This document shows, piece by piece, positions 23,433 through 32,407 of a stretch of DNA of 41,190 nt. Source of the stretch: a virus; IMG/VR virus record IMGVR_UViG_3300045988_109834, positions 1-41,190 of that record; one strand, written 5' to 3'. Position 1 is the first letter of the stretch, and each line of letters starts with the position of its first letter. The notes beneath the pieces were generated by a model. It was not told the DNA's origin and made no database searches. It worked only from the letters and a program-made list of their open reading frames with translations. Both the position numbers and the translations under genes were made by a program.

Positions 23433-23693
23433 ATGAAATCAGTAGAAGAAATCAGAAATGAAATTAAGAATAAGCACCTCACGCTCAGAGAACTGGATGT
23501 GTACATGACAAGAGCCGGGTACCATCCGAATTTGGAAGATGCAGACCTTGACATGATCGGAAAAGACGAAAAAGCCATCTATTTTGGAAAAGAAGAGGAC
23601 AGAAAAGTAGAAATCGGACTTCTGATCACACGCCGTTCAGCACTTCCGGATGCGTTCGGAGCAATCGTCACGAATGTTTATAAACTGCAGTAA
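23433..23693 (+). CDS. Hypothetical protein
   Basis: 86-aa ORF with an AAGGAG SD. Confidence 0.6.
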   Translation: MKSVEEIRNEIKNKHLTLRELDVYMTRAGYHPNLEDADLDMIGKDEKAIYFGKEEDRKVEIGLLITRRSALPDAFGAIVTNVYKLQ

Positions 23694-23704
23694 AGGAGAC
23701 ACAT

Positions 23705-23929
23705 ATGAACGCAGGAAAAATCACGACCGCAGAAGCAGCGGCAATCATTAATGCATCGCCACAATTCGTCCGGGTGGCGATGCAACAGGAGAAGCTCCCG
23801 ATCGGGACCGCTATTAAGATGTCCACAGTCTGGACTTATAACATATCTGAGAAACTTCTGGCGGAGTACAGCGGGAAAGACGTAAAGAAAGAGCTGGAAG
23901 AAATCAGAAAAAAGACAGGAAGGAGGTGA
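23705..23929 (+). CDS. HTH DNA-binding protein (excisionase/HTH_17-like)
   Basis: 74 aa. ITTAEAAAIINASPQFVRVAMQQEKLPIG fits the winged-HTH excisionase-type pattern. Confidence 0.4.
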   Translation: MNAGKITTAEAAAIINASPQFVRVAMQQEKLPIGTAIKMSTVWTYNISEKLLAEYSGKDVKKELEEIRKKTGRR

Positions 23930-23935
23930 AACGGC

Positions 23936-24139
23936 ATGGAACGTAACGTGATCATATCGCTGATAGCCGGCTACATCACATCCCTCCTTCCAGTGTGGAC
24001 CTGGGACGGCAAAGTAGAACTGGTTACAGCAACAATGACACTCAGCATTGTGTGGCTGCTGATTTTGACCTGGATTCAGGAGCTGGCCAAGAGAATTAAA
24101 AAAGCCCTCACATCCGCCAACGTGAGAGCCTTTAAATAA
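23936..24139 (+). CDS. Small membrane protein
   Basis: 67 aa with two hydrophobic helices and a GGAGGTG SD. Confidence 0.6.
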   Translation: MERNVIISLIAGYITSLLPVWTWDGKVELVTATMTLSIVWLLILTWIQELAKRIKKALTSANVRAFK

Positions 24140-24202
24140 TTAATTAAGATAAGTTAAGACAAGTATAAGAAAAACAAGAGAAAAAGTCAAGGAGGAAAAT
24201 TA

Positions 24203-24541
24203 ATGTTAAAGACAGATTTTAACGGATATGCAGAATTTGCCGAAAAGATATTAAAGGCAGAGAGCAATCAGGAAAAGAAAAAACTCTACACTGAAAGAAT
24301 ACAGATGTGGGTAGGTAAGCTGGAGAATATCTTGTCTCCTATTCCAGCGGCTGACGAAGTTTTTGCATTAGTCGCATTGCATGTGATTACGGAAGCACTG
24401 GAAAAAGCTGATCCAGAAGCAGCTCTTATGGCAGGAAAATTCCAAAAAAGATTAGGCTACAAAATGGAGACCGAGAAAATAAACTCAAATATGACCGAAG
24501 CAGCTGCAAGGGCATACACAGAAGTTATTTTTAAGAAATAA
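24203..24541 (+). CDS. Hypothetical protein
   Basis: 112-aa ORF with an AAGGAGG SD. Confidence 0.6.
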   Translation: MLKTDFNGYAEFAEKILKAESNQEKKKLYTERIQMWVGKLENILSPIPAADEVFALVALHVITEALEKADPEAALMAGKFQKRLGYKMETEKINSNMTEAAARAYTEVIFKK

Positions 24542-24574
24542 AAAGACCCATGCTGGAAACATGGGTCAGGCTTA

Positions 24575-24619
24575 GCGCCTTGGGTTAATTGACATACAAC
24601 AAGTATAACACCAAGGCGC
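24575..24619. promoter_or_regulatory. 9-bp-stem hairpin with a 27-nt AT-rich loop upstream of the Rep-like gene (candidate origin element)
   Basis: GCGCCTTGG ... CCAAGGCGC. Loop: GTTAATTGACATACAACAAGTATAACA. Confidence 0.35.
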
Positions 24620-24633
24620 CGAAAAGTCAATTC

Positions 24634-24658
24634 AGCAGGGGAAACCTGCTATATTTTT
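24634..24658 (+). terminator. Intrinsic terminator
   Basis: AGCAGG-GGAAA-CCTGCT followed by ATATTTTT. Confidence 0.7.
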
Positions 24659-24734
24659 AACTTTTTTCAAGACGGGCAAAACAGCCCTTTAGAACTTGAT
24701 TAAGGGTATTAAACTTACGACGCCGAGGTGGAAT

Positions 24735-25484
24735 ATGAGGTGCGGATATATAAGAGAAACATGGGAGTGTGGAGAGACTTTAGAGATAGAGGAGAAGCAC
24801 ACCGGTAGATATGGAGCCAGGGGACAGAAGAGGGAGAAGAAGAAAGAACCCACCCCAGAGGACATAGCGAGGCAGAACCAGTGGAAGAGAGTCAGAGATC
24901 TCCGGAGACTAACGAAGTGGAACTTTAACACAGGAGATTGTTGGATCACCCTCACATATCAGAAAGATTTAAGACCAAGCTGGGAAGAAATGATGAAGCA
25001 CATGGAGAAATTCATCAGACAGCTTCGAACCGCTTACAAAAAATATGGATGGACTCTGAAATATATCTGGAGACCACAGATAGGAAAAAGAGGTGCAATT
25101 CATATTCATATTCTCGTTTCCGCATACTCAAATACAGAGACCAGAACAGAGAAACTGGTTAGAGAATTCTGGCCGCATGGAAACCCGAACATGAAGGTAG
25201 TCTATGATCTGAAAACTGGAGACCTGGCAGAGTACATAGCAACCCCACTGCAGGAATGGGAACCGGAAGAAGCGAAGAACTTCCACCCTTCCAGAAATCT
25301 GATCAGAAAAGAACCAGAGAAGGAAACAGTAAGAAGACGAAGTCTGATAGATAAGCAAGGTAGGGTTCGAGAACCGAAACCTCCAAAAGGTTACTACATA
25401 GACGAGAATTCTATTGAAAAGGGAATTAATCCGGTCACTGGATATGCGTACAGAAGATACATTCTTGTGAAGATGCAGATTTGA
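24735..25484 (+). CDS. HUH-type rolling-circle replication initiator-like protein
   Basis: 249 aa from the ATG at 24735 (GAGGTGG SD). Motif I CWITLTY, motif II (HUH) AIHIHILV, motif III tyrosine LAEYIATP. Confidence 0.55.
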   Translation: MRCGYIRETWECGETLEIEEKHTGRYGARGQKREKKKEPTPEDIARQNQWKRVRDLRRLTKWNFNTGDCWITLTYQKDLRPSWEEMMKHMEKFIRQLRTAYKKYGWTLKYIWRPQIGKRGAIHIHILVSAYSNTETRTEKLVREFWPHGNPNMKVVYDLKTGDLAEYIATPLQEWEPEEAKNFHPSRNLIRKEPEKETVRRRSLIDKQGRVREPKPPKGYYIDENSIEKGINPVTGYAYRRYILVKMQI

Positions 25485-25498
25485 GAGGAGATGAGACA

Positions 25499-26011
25499 TT
25501 GAAGAAAGTAGATATATACATTGAGACCAGCAGTACCTTCCAGGGCGCTACAAACAGAAAATGTGGATATGTCCTCTCAACAGTAATCAACAGTGAGGAA
25601 AAAACCAGAGAGGGATTCGGACACATTCACGGAACCTATCATCAAACTGTTCTGACCACACTGGCAGAAGCTTTGGAGCGAATGGCGGTACCATCCGAGA
25701 TCTGCATCCATACGAGGGATATGTATGTAGCCAGCAGGATTCCGAAACTGGAAGAAATGGCTGGATCCGGATGGAAAGACGTGAAAGAAGAACCGATTAA
25801 GAATGCAGAAGAATGGGAAAGAGTATATGCAGCTGTACATACTCTTCCAGAAGCACATGAATTGTCTGCAAGATCTGGAAAACACAGTTATTCCGGATGG
25901 CTGCAAGAGGAGTTTGAGAAGCGTGGATGTGAAAGAGTTATGGGGACACGGATGGAGCCTGCGACCAGAACAGGATCCACGAACAATGGAATGTCTGGGT
26001 ACCATTATTAA
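25499..26011 (+). CDS. RNase H-like domain protein
   Basis: VDIYIETSS ... TVLTTLAEALE ... ICIHTRDMYV follows the RNase HI strand/helix pattern. Start taken as TTG 25499 (AGGAG SD), with 25481 as an alternative. Catalytic competence is uncertain (E in place of the first D). Confidence 0.45.
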   Translation: MKKVDIYIETSSTFQGATNRKCGYVLSTVINSEEKTREGFGHIHGTYHQTVLTTLAEALERMAVPSEICIHTRDMYVASRIPKLEEMAGSGWKDVKEEPIKNAEEWERVYAAVHTLPEAHELSARSGKHSYSGWLQEEFEKRGCERVMGTRMEPATRTGSTNNGMSGYHY

Positions 26012-26150
26012 GTCAGGTATCCGGTTTACATATTACAAAGATGAACAGGGAGGAATATGGTTTGAAGACGAACCAGTTAAAGGAAAACCAGAGTGGATGC
26101 AAAAAGCAGACAGAGAAAGAAGAAAACGTCATGGAATCTATCATGGATGA
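25986..26150 (+). CDS. Small hypothetical protein (54 aa)
   Basis: MECLGTIIKSGIRFTYYKDEQGGIWFEDEPVKGKPEWMQKADRERRKRHGIYHG. This is the protein-like 3' part of track ORF 25803-26150. Confidence 0.35.
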   Translation: MECLGTIIKSGIRFTYYKDEQGGIWFEDEPVKGKPEWMQKADRERRKRHGIYHG

Positions 26151-26475
26151 ATTCTCAGAGTATATCTGCGATCACCTCTGCAAATATCCAGAACAGATTA
26201 AGGACCAGGAGAAGCTGGAAGAACACTGTACAGAGCATTGTGAACATGGGAGATTTCATTGCGCAGTGCTGAATGAGTACAACGAAATCAATAGTTTTGG
26301 CAAGACAGCAGCTTATCAACTCATGAAAAAGTACAAAAATATTGTGCTTTGCAAAGAATGCATCTACAAAAGCCATTCAGAAAAGCTGAACATAGATTAC
26401 TGCAGATCAGGAAATACAATGGGTAAATTCTTGGAACCCGGAGATGGCTGTAGCTGTGGAAGAAGAAAAGAATAG
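26131..26475 (+). CDS. Cys/His-rich hypothetical protein
   Basis: 114 aa from the ATG at 26131, with multiple CxxxC/HC motifs (CDHLC, HCTEHCEHGRFHC, CKEC, CSC). Confidence 0.5.
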   Translation: MESIMDEFSEYICDHLCKYPEQIKDQEKLEEHCTEHCEHGRFHCAVLNEYNEINSFGKTAAYQLMKKYKNIVLCKECIYKSHSEKLNIDYCRSGNTMGKFLEPGDGCSCGRRKE

Positions 26476-26492
26476 AGAAAAGGGGAACGATT

Positions 26493-27257
26493 ATGAGAAC
26501 AATTGCAATTATCAATTTAAAAGGCGGGGTGGCAAAGACCACATCAAGTATCAATATTGCTTATATTCTTTCTACAAAGGGCAAGAGAGTCCTTCTTGTA
26601 GACAACGACAAACAGGGAGACTGTTCGAGGGGAATGAACCGGCGCACTCAGGAAGGGGCTGGAATAGATAAGATCATGGTTGACAAGAAACCGGATATGA
26701 CATGCCTGATCCAGAAGACGGATTATGAGAATTTGGACGTGATCACTGCAAACTTAAACCTCCTGACGGCAAACATGGAGGTGACAATGGACCGCGTAAG
26801 GCCTCAGCAGACCAGATTAAAGAACGCCCTGCGACAGGTGAAGGATAATTATGATTTCTGTGTGATCGATAATGCTCCGGATATCAATATATCGGTCATC
26901 AATGCGCTGACGGCAGCAGATGACGTATTGATTCCGGTAGAAGTTGATGATAATACCACGGAAGGGATGAATGAGCTTCTGGATCAGATTGATGAGATCA
27001 GATGTGAATTAAATCCGGAACTGAAAAATGTGAAGTGTTTTATCAGCAAATACAATAAATACAATGAAGCCCACAGCCAGGGAGCAGAAATCATTCGAGA
27101 ATGGTACCCGACCATGAATACACTGATCAGAAATTCTCTTGCAGTTGCAAAGAGCACATATGCAAGAATACCGGTTGTGGCATTTAGCAAGAGATCTGCG
27201 GCAGCAGAGGACTATCAGAACCTTGTAGAAGAATATCTGCAGATGATAAAGGAGTAA
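26493..27257 (+). CDS. parA: ParA-family partition ATPase
   Basis: 254 aa with the deviant Walker A motif NLKGGVAKTTS, followed by VLLVDNDKQGD. Confidence 0.9.
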   Translation: MRTIAIINLKGGVAKTTSSINIAYILSTKGKRVLLVDNDKQGDCSRGMNRRTQEGAGIDKIMVDKKPDMTCLIQKTDYENLDVITANLNLLTANMEVTMDRVRPQQTRLKNALRQVKDNYDFCVIDNAPDINISVINALTAADDVLIPVEVDDNTTEGMNELLDQIDEIRCELNPELKNVKCFISKYNKYNEAHSQGAEIIREWYPTMNTLIRNSLAVAKSTYARIPVVAFSKRSAAAEDYQNLVEEYLQMIKE

Positions 27258-27260
27258 GAA

Positions 27261-29390
27261 ATGGGAAGATTTAGTGTCAGAGACATGCTTGGTAAACAGT
27301 CCATTCCGGAAAGAAGAGAAGAGCAGACGATAGTATACAGAGACCCAAGGGAACTGGTACCAACAAAAGAGAACTTTTACAACACAAGAAATATAGACAA
27401 GCTTAAAGCGTCTATAAAGATAACCGGATATCTCATGCAGCCAATCCTGATAGAGAACATAGACGGAAAAGACCAGGTACTTGCTGGCCACCGCCGACGG
27501 TTATGCTGCATTGAATTAGTCAATGAGGGAGACACCAGATTCGAAAAGGTTCCATGCATGTATGCAGCAGAGATAAAGATTTCAGAAAATGAAGACTTAT
27601 CACCAGAGCAGAAGGAAGCAATAACTCCTTTCCTGCGCCAGTTTAAAGTAATTCAGGCAAACAACTACAGAGACAAAAACGACTGGGAAAGAATGCAGGA
27701 AGCTCTTGAGATGGAGAAGATCGTAAAGAATCTGAAAGAAAAGGTGGGAATCACCGGAACAGTACGCGAGAACTTAAAAGATCTTCTGGGAGTATCAAAC
27801 GCTCAGTTCGGAAGATACAAGAATATAAGCAATCATTTGATTCAGGAACTGATGGAAGAGTTCCAGGATGGAGGAATCAATATTTCCGTGGCAGATGCGG
27901 CCGCTTCACTAAAACCAGAGTTACAGCAGCAGGCATATGAAATGTTTATGAAAAATAAAGTCCTGTCTCTTCCGGATATCCAGCTTTTAAAAGATCGGCA
28001 GGAACTTGACATTCCAGGGCAGATGACCATAGAGCAGGCAACCAGGCAGCAGAAGCCACAAGAAGACGAAACACCTATTCCTGTAGACCTGCAGATAGAA
28101 AGATTCTTCGAAAGCTTAAAGAAGAATACAACGGCCCGGATTCGCAACGGAGACAAGCTAATGAGCGTAAAAATGCTCAGTATGTTGTATTGCTATGTAA
28201 AAATCCGCAACGGATATCTTAATTACCAGGGACATCAGGATAAGATTACCTTCAATCCGGATAGCCAGGAAGAAGTAGAAATGTCCTGGCAGGAGCTGAC
28301 AGAGGAACTGCTCAAACGTTATTCCGTCAAAAAACTAGTCAAAATGACCACAATTGACGCCCCGGAGAAGCCAGATAAGAAAGAAATCAATTCCGGAAAG
28401 TGCATTCACAGAGAAGGATTCCACTGCACTCTTTCAGAAGCCCAGAAGGTAGCAGAGGGAAACGGAGAGAAATGCAATGAAAAATGCTGCTGGAACTGCA
28501 AAAAGCATGGAGATTGCGGGTATGAGTGTAATTCATCCGCGCATCGTCCGACTGAACAGCCGGAACAGAAAGAAAAAACCGAACCGGCAAAATGTATCAC
28601 AGGAAAATCTGGATCAGGAATATGCGGGGCAGCCGCTTATTGCGATAACCCATATAATTGTTGCTCACAATGCCCGGAAGATTGCAATAGCCGCTGCGGA
28701 TGGATAGAAAAGAGCTGCCAACCGGCAGCAGAAACGCTGGACAAAAAGCAGCAGAAAGACCATACCGGCGAAACCGCCGAAATGGTGAAAGATACTGTAA
28801 ATACAGATCTTCCAGCCGCTTGGCCAGACTGCTTAAAAGATCTTCCAATTCCGACAGATACAGAGATTACAGATTTCCTTTATCGAAAAGAAACAGAGCT
28901 AAAGGAAATGATAAAAGTCGAAGAAGAAGAGCCTGGATTCCCGCACATGGTACTTATGCAGCAGCAGATGCTTGTTGCTGGGTTGAGAATAATCAAGAAT
29001 ATTGTTGAAGATTGTCAGGACGAAGAAGCAGAAGAACCAGAACAGGCACCACTTCCGATTATGAGAAACAATGATCAGAGGAAGGAATGGCTAAGAAACT
29101 ACAAGGACTGGGGCATCTGGTACGAAGACAAGAATACAGGAATCAAATATTACAAATATGACTTTGAAAATGGAGCACGTTTGATTGCAGAAGAATATGC
29201 ACCGGATTTAGGAATCAATAAAAGCTGGCGGGCGTCAAGCGTAACAGAATCATATTACATGCACCTGGTAGGAGGATCTGAACCAGATCAGGCTGGCGGC
29301 GCGCCAAAGTGGACATACCATACGCGATATAACAAATATCCGAACAGCGAGTCAGAGCTTGTAGAATTCTTGAAGGAGATTCAGAAATGA
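27261..29390 (+). CDS. parB: ParB/Srx-domain protein with a long Cys-rich central insert
   Basis: 709 aa. The N-terminal ParB box is QPILIENIDGKDQVLAGHRRRLC. The gene lies 4 nt after parA. Confidence 0.8.
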   Translation: MGRFSVRDMLGKQSIPERREEQTIVYRDPRELVPTKENFYNTRNIDKLKASIKITGYLMQPILIENIDGKDQVLAGHRRRLCCIELVNEGDTRFEKVPCMYAAEIKISENEDLSPEQKEAITPFLRQFKVIQANNYRDKNDWERMQEALEMEKIVKNLKEKVGITGTVRENLKDLLGVSNAQFGRYKNISNHLIQELMEEFQDGGINISVADAAASLKPELQQQAYEMFMKNKVLSLPDIQLLKDRQELDIPGQMTIEQATRQQKPQEDETPIPVDLQIERFFESLKKNTTARIRNGDKLMSVKMLSMLYCYVKIRNGYLNYQGHQDKITFNPDSQEEVEMSWQELTEELLKRYSVKKLVKMTTIDAPEKPDKKEINSGKCIHREGFHCTLSEAQKVAEGNGEKCNEKCCWNCKKHGDCGYECNSSAHRPTEQPEQKEKTEPAKCITGKSGSGICGAAAYCDNPYNCCSQCPEDCNSRCGWIEKSCQPAAETLDKKQQKDHTGETAEMVKDTVNTDLPAAWPDCLKDLPIPTDTEITDFLYRKETELKEMIKVEEEEPGFPHMVLMQQQMLVAGLRIIKNIVEDCQDEEAEEPEQAPLPIMRNNDQRKEWLRNYKDWGIWYEDKNTGIKYYKYDFENGARLIAEEYAPDLGINKSWRASSVTESYYMHLVGGSEPDQAGGAPKWTYHTRYNKYPNSESELVEFLKEIQK

Positions 29391-29776
29391 GCAAATTAGA
29401 TCAGTATATGCAGGGACGTACAGAGGGCATGGAATTTGCCCTCCGTCTTGCAAAAGATAAGGGAATAGAAGAACTGGAGAAAGAAGTCAGATTCCGTAAC
29501 CGAACAGGAGTCTCATTAAACCTTACCAGGCAGGAGATAGCAGCAGGATCACAGAATATCAAGAACATGACGTTTGATACAATGCTGGCAATGAGCCTGA
29601 TGGTTTTAAGAGATGAGTTTGATTTCGGGAAGAAGAGACTCGAAAGATTCAAGGACAGATTCACTGAGAAAGCTGCATCTCTGGCAGAAGACTATTGCAC
29701 ATGGTTGGACATAGTAGACGTACTCAAGGAAGAGACTGGAATAGAATTAGAAATCCGGTGGAACAACAAGAAATGA
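29387..29776 (+). CDS. Hypothetical protein
   Basis: 129-aa ORF ATGA-coupled to parB. Confidence 0.6.
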   Translation: MSKLDQYMQGRTEGMEFALRLAKDKGIEELEKEVRFRNRTGVSLNLTRQEIAAGSQNIKNMTFDTMLAMSLMVLRDEFDFGKKRLERFKDRFTEKAASLAEDYCTWLDIVDVLKEETGIELEIRWNNKK

Positions 29777-29788
29777 CCGATTCGGTCA
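29774..29788. repeat. 15-bp palindrome TGACCGATTCGGTCA
   Basis: Perfect 7-1-7 inverted repeat overlapping the stop codon of the 29387 gene. The same core occurs at 32573-32587. Confidence 0.6.
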
Positions 29789-29881
29789 CTAAAAAAGGGT
29801 GCCCTAAAATTCACATAGATACATATCCTTCCTGCGTGAGCCTGTCAGATCGCAGGAAGGAGAAAGGAGATTCAGACAGGA

Positions 29882-30388
29882 ATGACAAGACCTGAAATTA
29901 CAAAGAATTTGTCAGAAGCTATCGAGAGAAAAATTAATCCATATAACGATCCAAGGATATACTGGGCGAAAGAGGTGACGTTCGATTATAGTTCTTCTCA
30001 TGCTATTAGAGTTGATTATATGAAATTTAAGCCAGTAAACAACAGCGTGTCAGGAATAGAAAAAGGAGACTTCTATTGTTACGAAGTTAAGTCGTCAGTG
30101 GAAGATTTCCGCTCAGGACATGGACTGAATTTCGTAGGAGACTACAACTACCTGGTAATGGAAGAAAAAGTATACGCTGCGGTGAGCTTGGAAATTCCAT
30201 ATTATGTTGGGATATATATTCCGGACGGAAATGAACTGGTATGCATAAGAAAAGCCAAAAGACGCGACAGAACAAAACCGACATCAGAAATGCTACTGAT
30301 GATGTTCAGATCGGCGAATAGGGATTACAGAAAGAAATTAAAGGAGAAGAGTCAAAAGAAAGGAAGTAAAGATGGAGAAAAAATGTAA
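29882..30388 (+). CDS. PD-(D/E)XK nuclease-like protein (MmcB-like)
   Basis: 168 aa. IRVDYMKF ... FYCYEVKSS fits the D...(D/E)xK arrangement. Confidence 0.35.
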   Translation: MTRPEITKNLSEAIERKINPYNDPRIYWAKEVTFDYSSSHAIRVDYMKFKPVNNSVSGIEKGDFYCYEVKSSVEDFRSGHGLNFVGDYNYLVMEEKVYAAVSLEIPYYVGIYIPDGNELVCIRKAKRRDRTKPTSEMLLMMFRSANRDYRKKLKEKSQKKGSKDGEKM

Positions 30389-30608
30389 AACTTGTATCGA
30401 TAATGACTGTGATCTCTGTGACCAGAGAGAAATCCTCGTAGAGGACGAAGATCCTTGCGATAAATGCAGCGAATATGGAGGTGATTACTACAGAGACGAA
30501 AATGGGGAAATCATTTGTAGATGTCTTGAATGCCCTGATGGTCCGTACCAAGATCAGGAGAATGATACCAGAAAAGAGAAACAAGATGCAGAAGAAAGAA
30601 ATAGATAA
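30372..30608 (+). CDS. Cys-rich small protein
   Basis: 78 aa with CKTC, CDLC, CDKC and CRCLEC pairs, and an AAGGAAG SD. Confidence 0.5.
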   Translation: MEKKCKTCIDNDCDLCDQREILVEDEDPCDKCSEYGGDYYRDENGEIICRCLECPDGPYQDQENDTRKEKQDAEERNR

Positions 30609-31017
30609 TCTTAATGATACCATAAAATGGTTTAAGACAGTAAGAAGAAACAATGATATGGCTTGCATCCTTCCAGATCACCCGATGATGAAAAACATCA
30701 TTAAATGGCTTGAGAAATTAAGAGAATACGAAAACCGTCAGGAAAAAGGAGAAAAACGCGATAAGTCAGTATTAGTTATAGATACACCAGAATCATGTGC
30801 GCAGTGTCCCTTCCTTAATGGTTCGGATGAGTGTGTGATGCAGGGTGAAGATGCAAATTTTGATGCAGATTCGTTCAATGATCTGATGAATAGATGTCCA
30901 TTGAAACCATTGCCGGAAAAGGTTGGAATGACGGCAGGATTTACGTATTGGAATGGTATGGCTGATGGGTGGGATAGTTGCATTGATGAGATTGTTAGAG
31001 AAGGAAAGGACATTTAA
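30586..31017 (+). CDS. Hypothetical protein with a Cys cluster
   Basis: 143 aa from the ATG at 30586. The track ORF starts earlier, at 30475. Confidence 0.45.
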   Translation: MQKKEIDNLNDTIKWFKTVRRNNDMACILPDHPMMKNIIKWLEKLREYENRQEKGEKRDKSVLVIDTPESCAQCPFLNGSDECVMQGEDANFDADSFNDLMNRCPLKPLPEKVGMTAGFTYWNGMADGWDSCIDEIVREGKDI

Positions 31018-31021
31018 GAAT

Positions 31022-31189
31022 ATGAGCAGACAGGAACAGATATGTGAAACCTGCAAAGAGAATGATAACGGTTTCTGCGATCGCATTGGACGCCTGGTAG
31101 AAGATGACGACTGGTGCGCAAAATGGAAAACCAAAGAAGTCTCGGAATGGAAAGCAAGGATGATGAATACATTTCTGGCCGGACACTGA
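31022..31189 (+). CDS. Cys-rich small protein (55 aa)
   Basis: MSRQEQICETCKENDNGFCDRIG..., from the ATG at 31022. Confidence 0.45.
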   Translation: MSRQEQICETCKENDNGFCDRIGRLVEDDDWCAKWKTKEVSEWKARMMNTFLAGH

Positions 31190-31202
31190 GAGGAGGGCAG
31201 AA

Positions 31203-31466
31203 ATGATCCCGTTTTTATACGATGTAACAGACAGATCAGGCAACCTGGTGATAAGCAATGCAACATTTGCAGAAGTAGTGAAAGGTTTAAACTGCTCAAA
31301 AGCACAGGCGAACAATGCAAGGACTTCCGGAGACTTAATCTTCAGAAAGTACGAGATGTACAAAGTTGATCGGAAATTAAGCAGAGTGAAGGATATCGCA
31401 TTGCTTCAGGAATTTGATACCGTCCGTCTCCGCTTGCTGGGATATAAGAAAGGTGACAGGAAATGA
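31203..31466 (+). CDS. Hypothetical protein
   Basis: 87-aa ORF with a GAGGAGGG SD. Confidence 0.6.
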   Translation: MIPFLYDVTDRSGNLVISNATFAEVVKGLNCSKAQANNARTSGDLIFRKYEMYKVDRKLSRVKDIALLQEFDTVRLRLLGYKKGDRK

Positions 31467-31687
31467 ATAAAAGACAGAAAAAGAAACTATTTAAGAAAAT
31501 GACCAGGAACAATCCACCAGAATGGTTGTCATACAGCGGCAAATTATACCATAACCTCATCGAAAAACCGTGGGGAGGACTGACAAAGCTAAAGAAGCAG
31601 GAAGCCACCAGAGCAGTAGAAGACTTCAACCGGAACATTCAGGATAGAAACGCTCAGATCAGAGCATCACGGAGGTACACCAGGTGA
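31463..31687 (+). CDS. Hypothetical basic protein
   Basis: 74-aa ORF, ATGA-coupled. Confidence 0.55.
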   Translation: MNKRQKKKLFKKMTRNNPPEWLSYSGKLYHNLIEKPWGGLTKLKKQEATRAVEDFNRNIQDRNAQIRASRRYTR

Positions 31688-32037
31688 ATCAGGAAGGATT
31701 GTTATTCCCAAAAGGAACCATTAGAAAAAAACGAAAGAAGCACCACAAAAGTATCATAGACAGAGATGTAAAAGGCCAGTGTTTCATCTGCAGTAAAACG
31801 GGCTATACAGAACGCCATCACATCTATGGCAGTGCAAACCGCAAATACTCCGAGCAATATGGCTTAACCGTATATCTTTGTCCGGAGTGCCACAGGACTT
31901 CAGAGACTGCCGTACATAGAAACAAGGAAGTCCGAACCACCTTGCAGCGAATCGGCCAGAGGACATTCGAAAAAAAGTGCGGCAGCAGGGAAGAATTTAC
32001 AAAGATGTTCGGAAAAAACTATCTGGAGGAAGAATAA
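31684..32037 (+). CDS. HNH/zinc-finger nuclease-like protein (NinG/DUF968-like)
   Basis: 117 aa. CFICSKTGYTERHHIYGSANR ... LCPECHR ... AVH is a CxxC...HH...CxxCH arrangement. Confidence 0.4.
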   Translation: MNQEGLLFPKGTIRKKRKKHHKSIIDRDVKGQCFICSKTGYTERHHIYGSANRKYSEQYGLTVYLCPECHRTSETAVHRNKEVRTTLQRIGQRTFEKKCGSREEFTKMFGKNYLEEE

Positions 32038-32208
32038 ATGAACATAGGAAAAGCAACCGCAATATTCAAAGATATCCATAACGAAGAAACAGAAGTAGAA
32101 GACAAAATCACAGCAATCCAGGAAGTGATCGATATGCCTACACATAACAGCATCACGAAGAAGAGTATGCTGGAGGCACTTCGCTGGCTGATCGAAGAAT
32201 ATATCTAA
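32038..32208 (+). CDS. Small hypothetical protein (56 aa)
   Basis: The ATG directly abuts the preceding TAA. MNIGKATAIFKDIHNEETEVEDKITAIQEVIDMPTHNSITKKSMLEALRWLIEEYI. Below the ORF-track size cut-off. Confidence 0.5.
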   Translation: MNIGKATAIFKDIHNEETEVEDKITAIQEVIDMPTHNSITKKSMLEALRWLIEEYI

Positions 32209-32221
32209 GGAGGCACACGAG

Positions 32222-32407
32222 ATGAATGATGACAGAGCAAAGACCTGTAAACACAGTACCGGACAGATTGGCCAGCTTGCAGTATACGTCCTTCCGACAT
32301 GCCCGAACATGAATATGATCAAAGGAAGATTCGTAACCACCAGACAGAGATGCCGTAAATGCAGATTCTACAAGGAGAAAAATGAAACCGAAAGAAAAGA
32401 TAATTGA
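32222..32407 (+). CDS. Cys-rich small protein
   Basis: 61-aa ORF with a GGAGG SD. Confidence 0.5.
   Translation: MNDDRAKTCKHSTGQIGQLAVYVLPTCPNMNMIKGRFVTTRQRCRKCRFYKEKNETERKDN

Noticed and set aside
23210-23461. 83-aa ORF from the track
   Set aside because: The Arg/Lys/Glu-rich sequence looks out of frame, and it overlaps the next well-supported gene start. The 53-aa ORF at 23262-23423 in another frame has a proper SD and a plausible composition.
25803-26150. 115-aa ORF overlapping the RNase H-like gene
   Set aside because: The 5' two-thirds lie out of frame inside a better-supported CDS. Only the 3' part, from the ATG at 25986, is kept as a tentative small gene.
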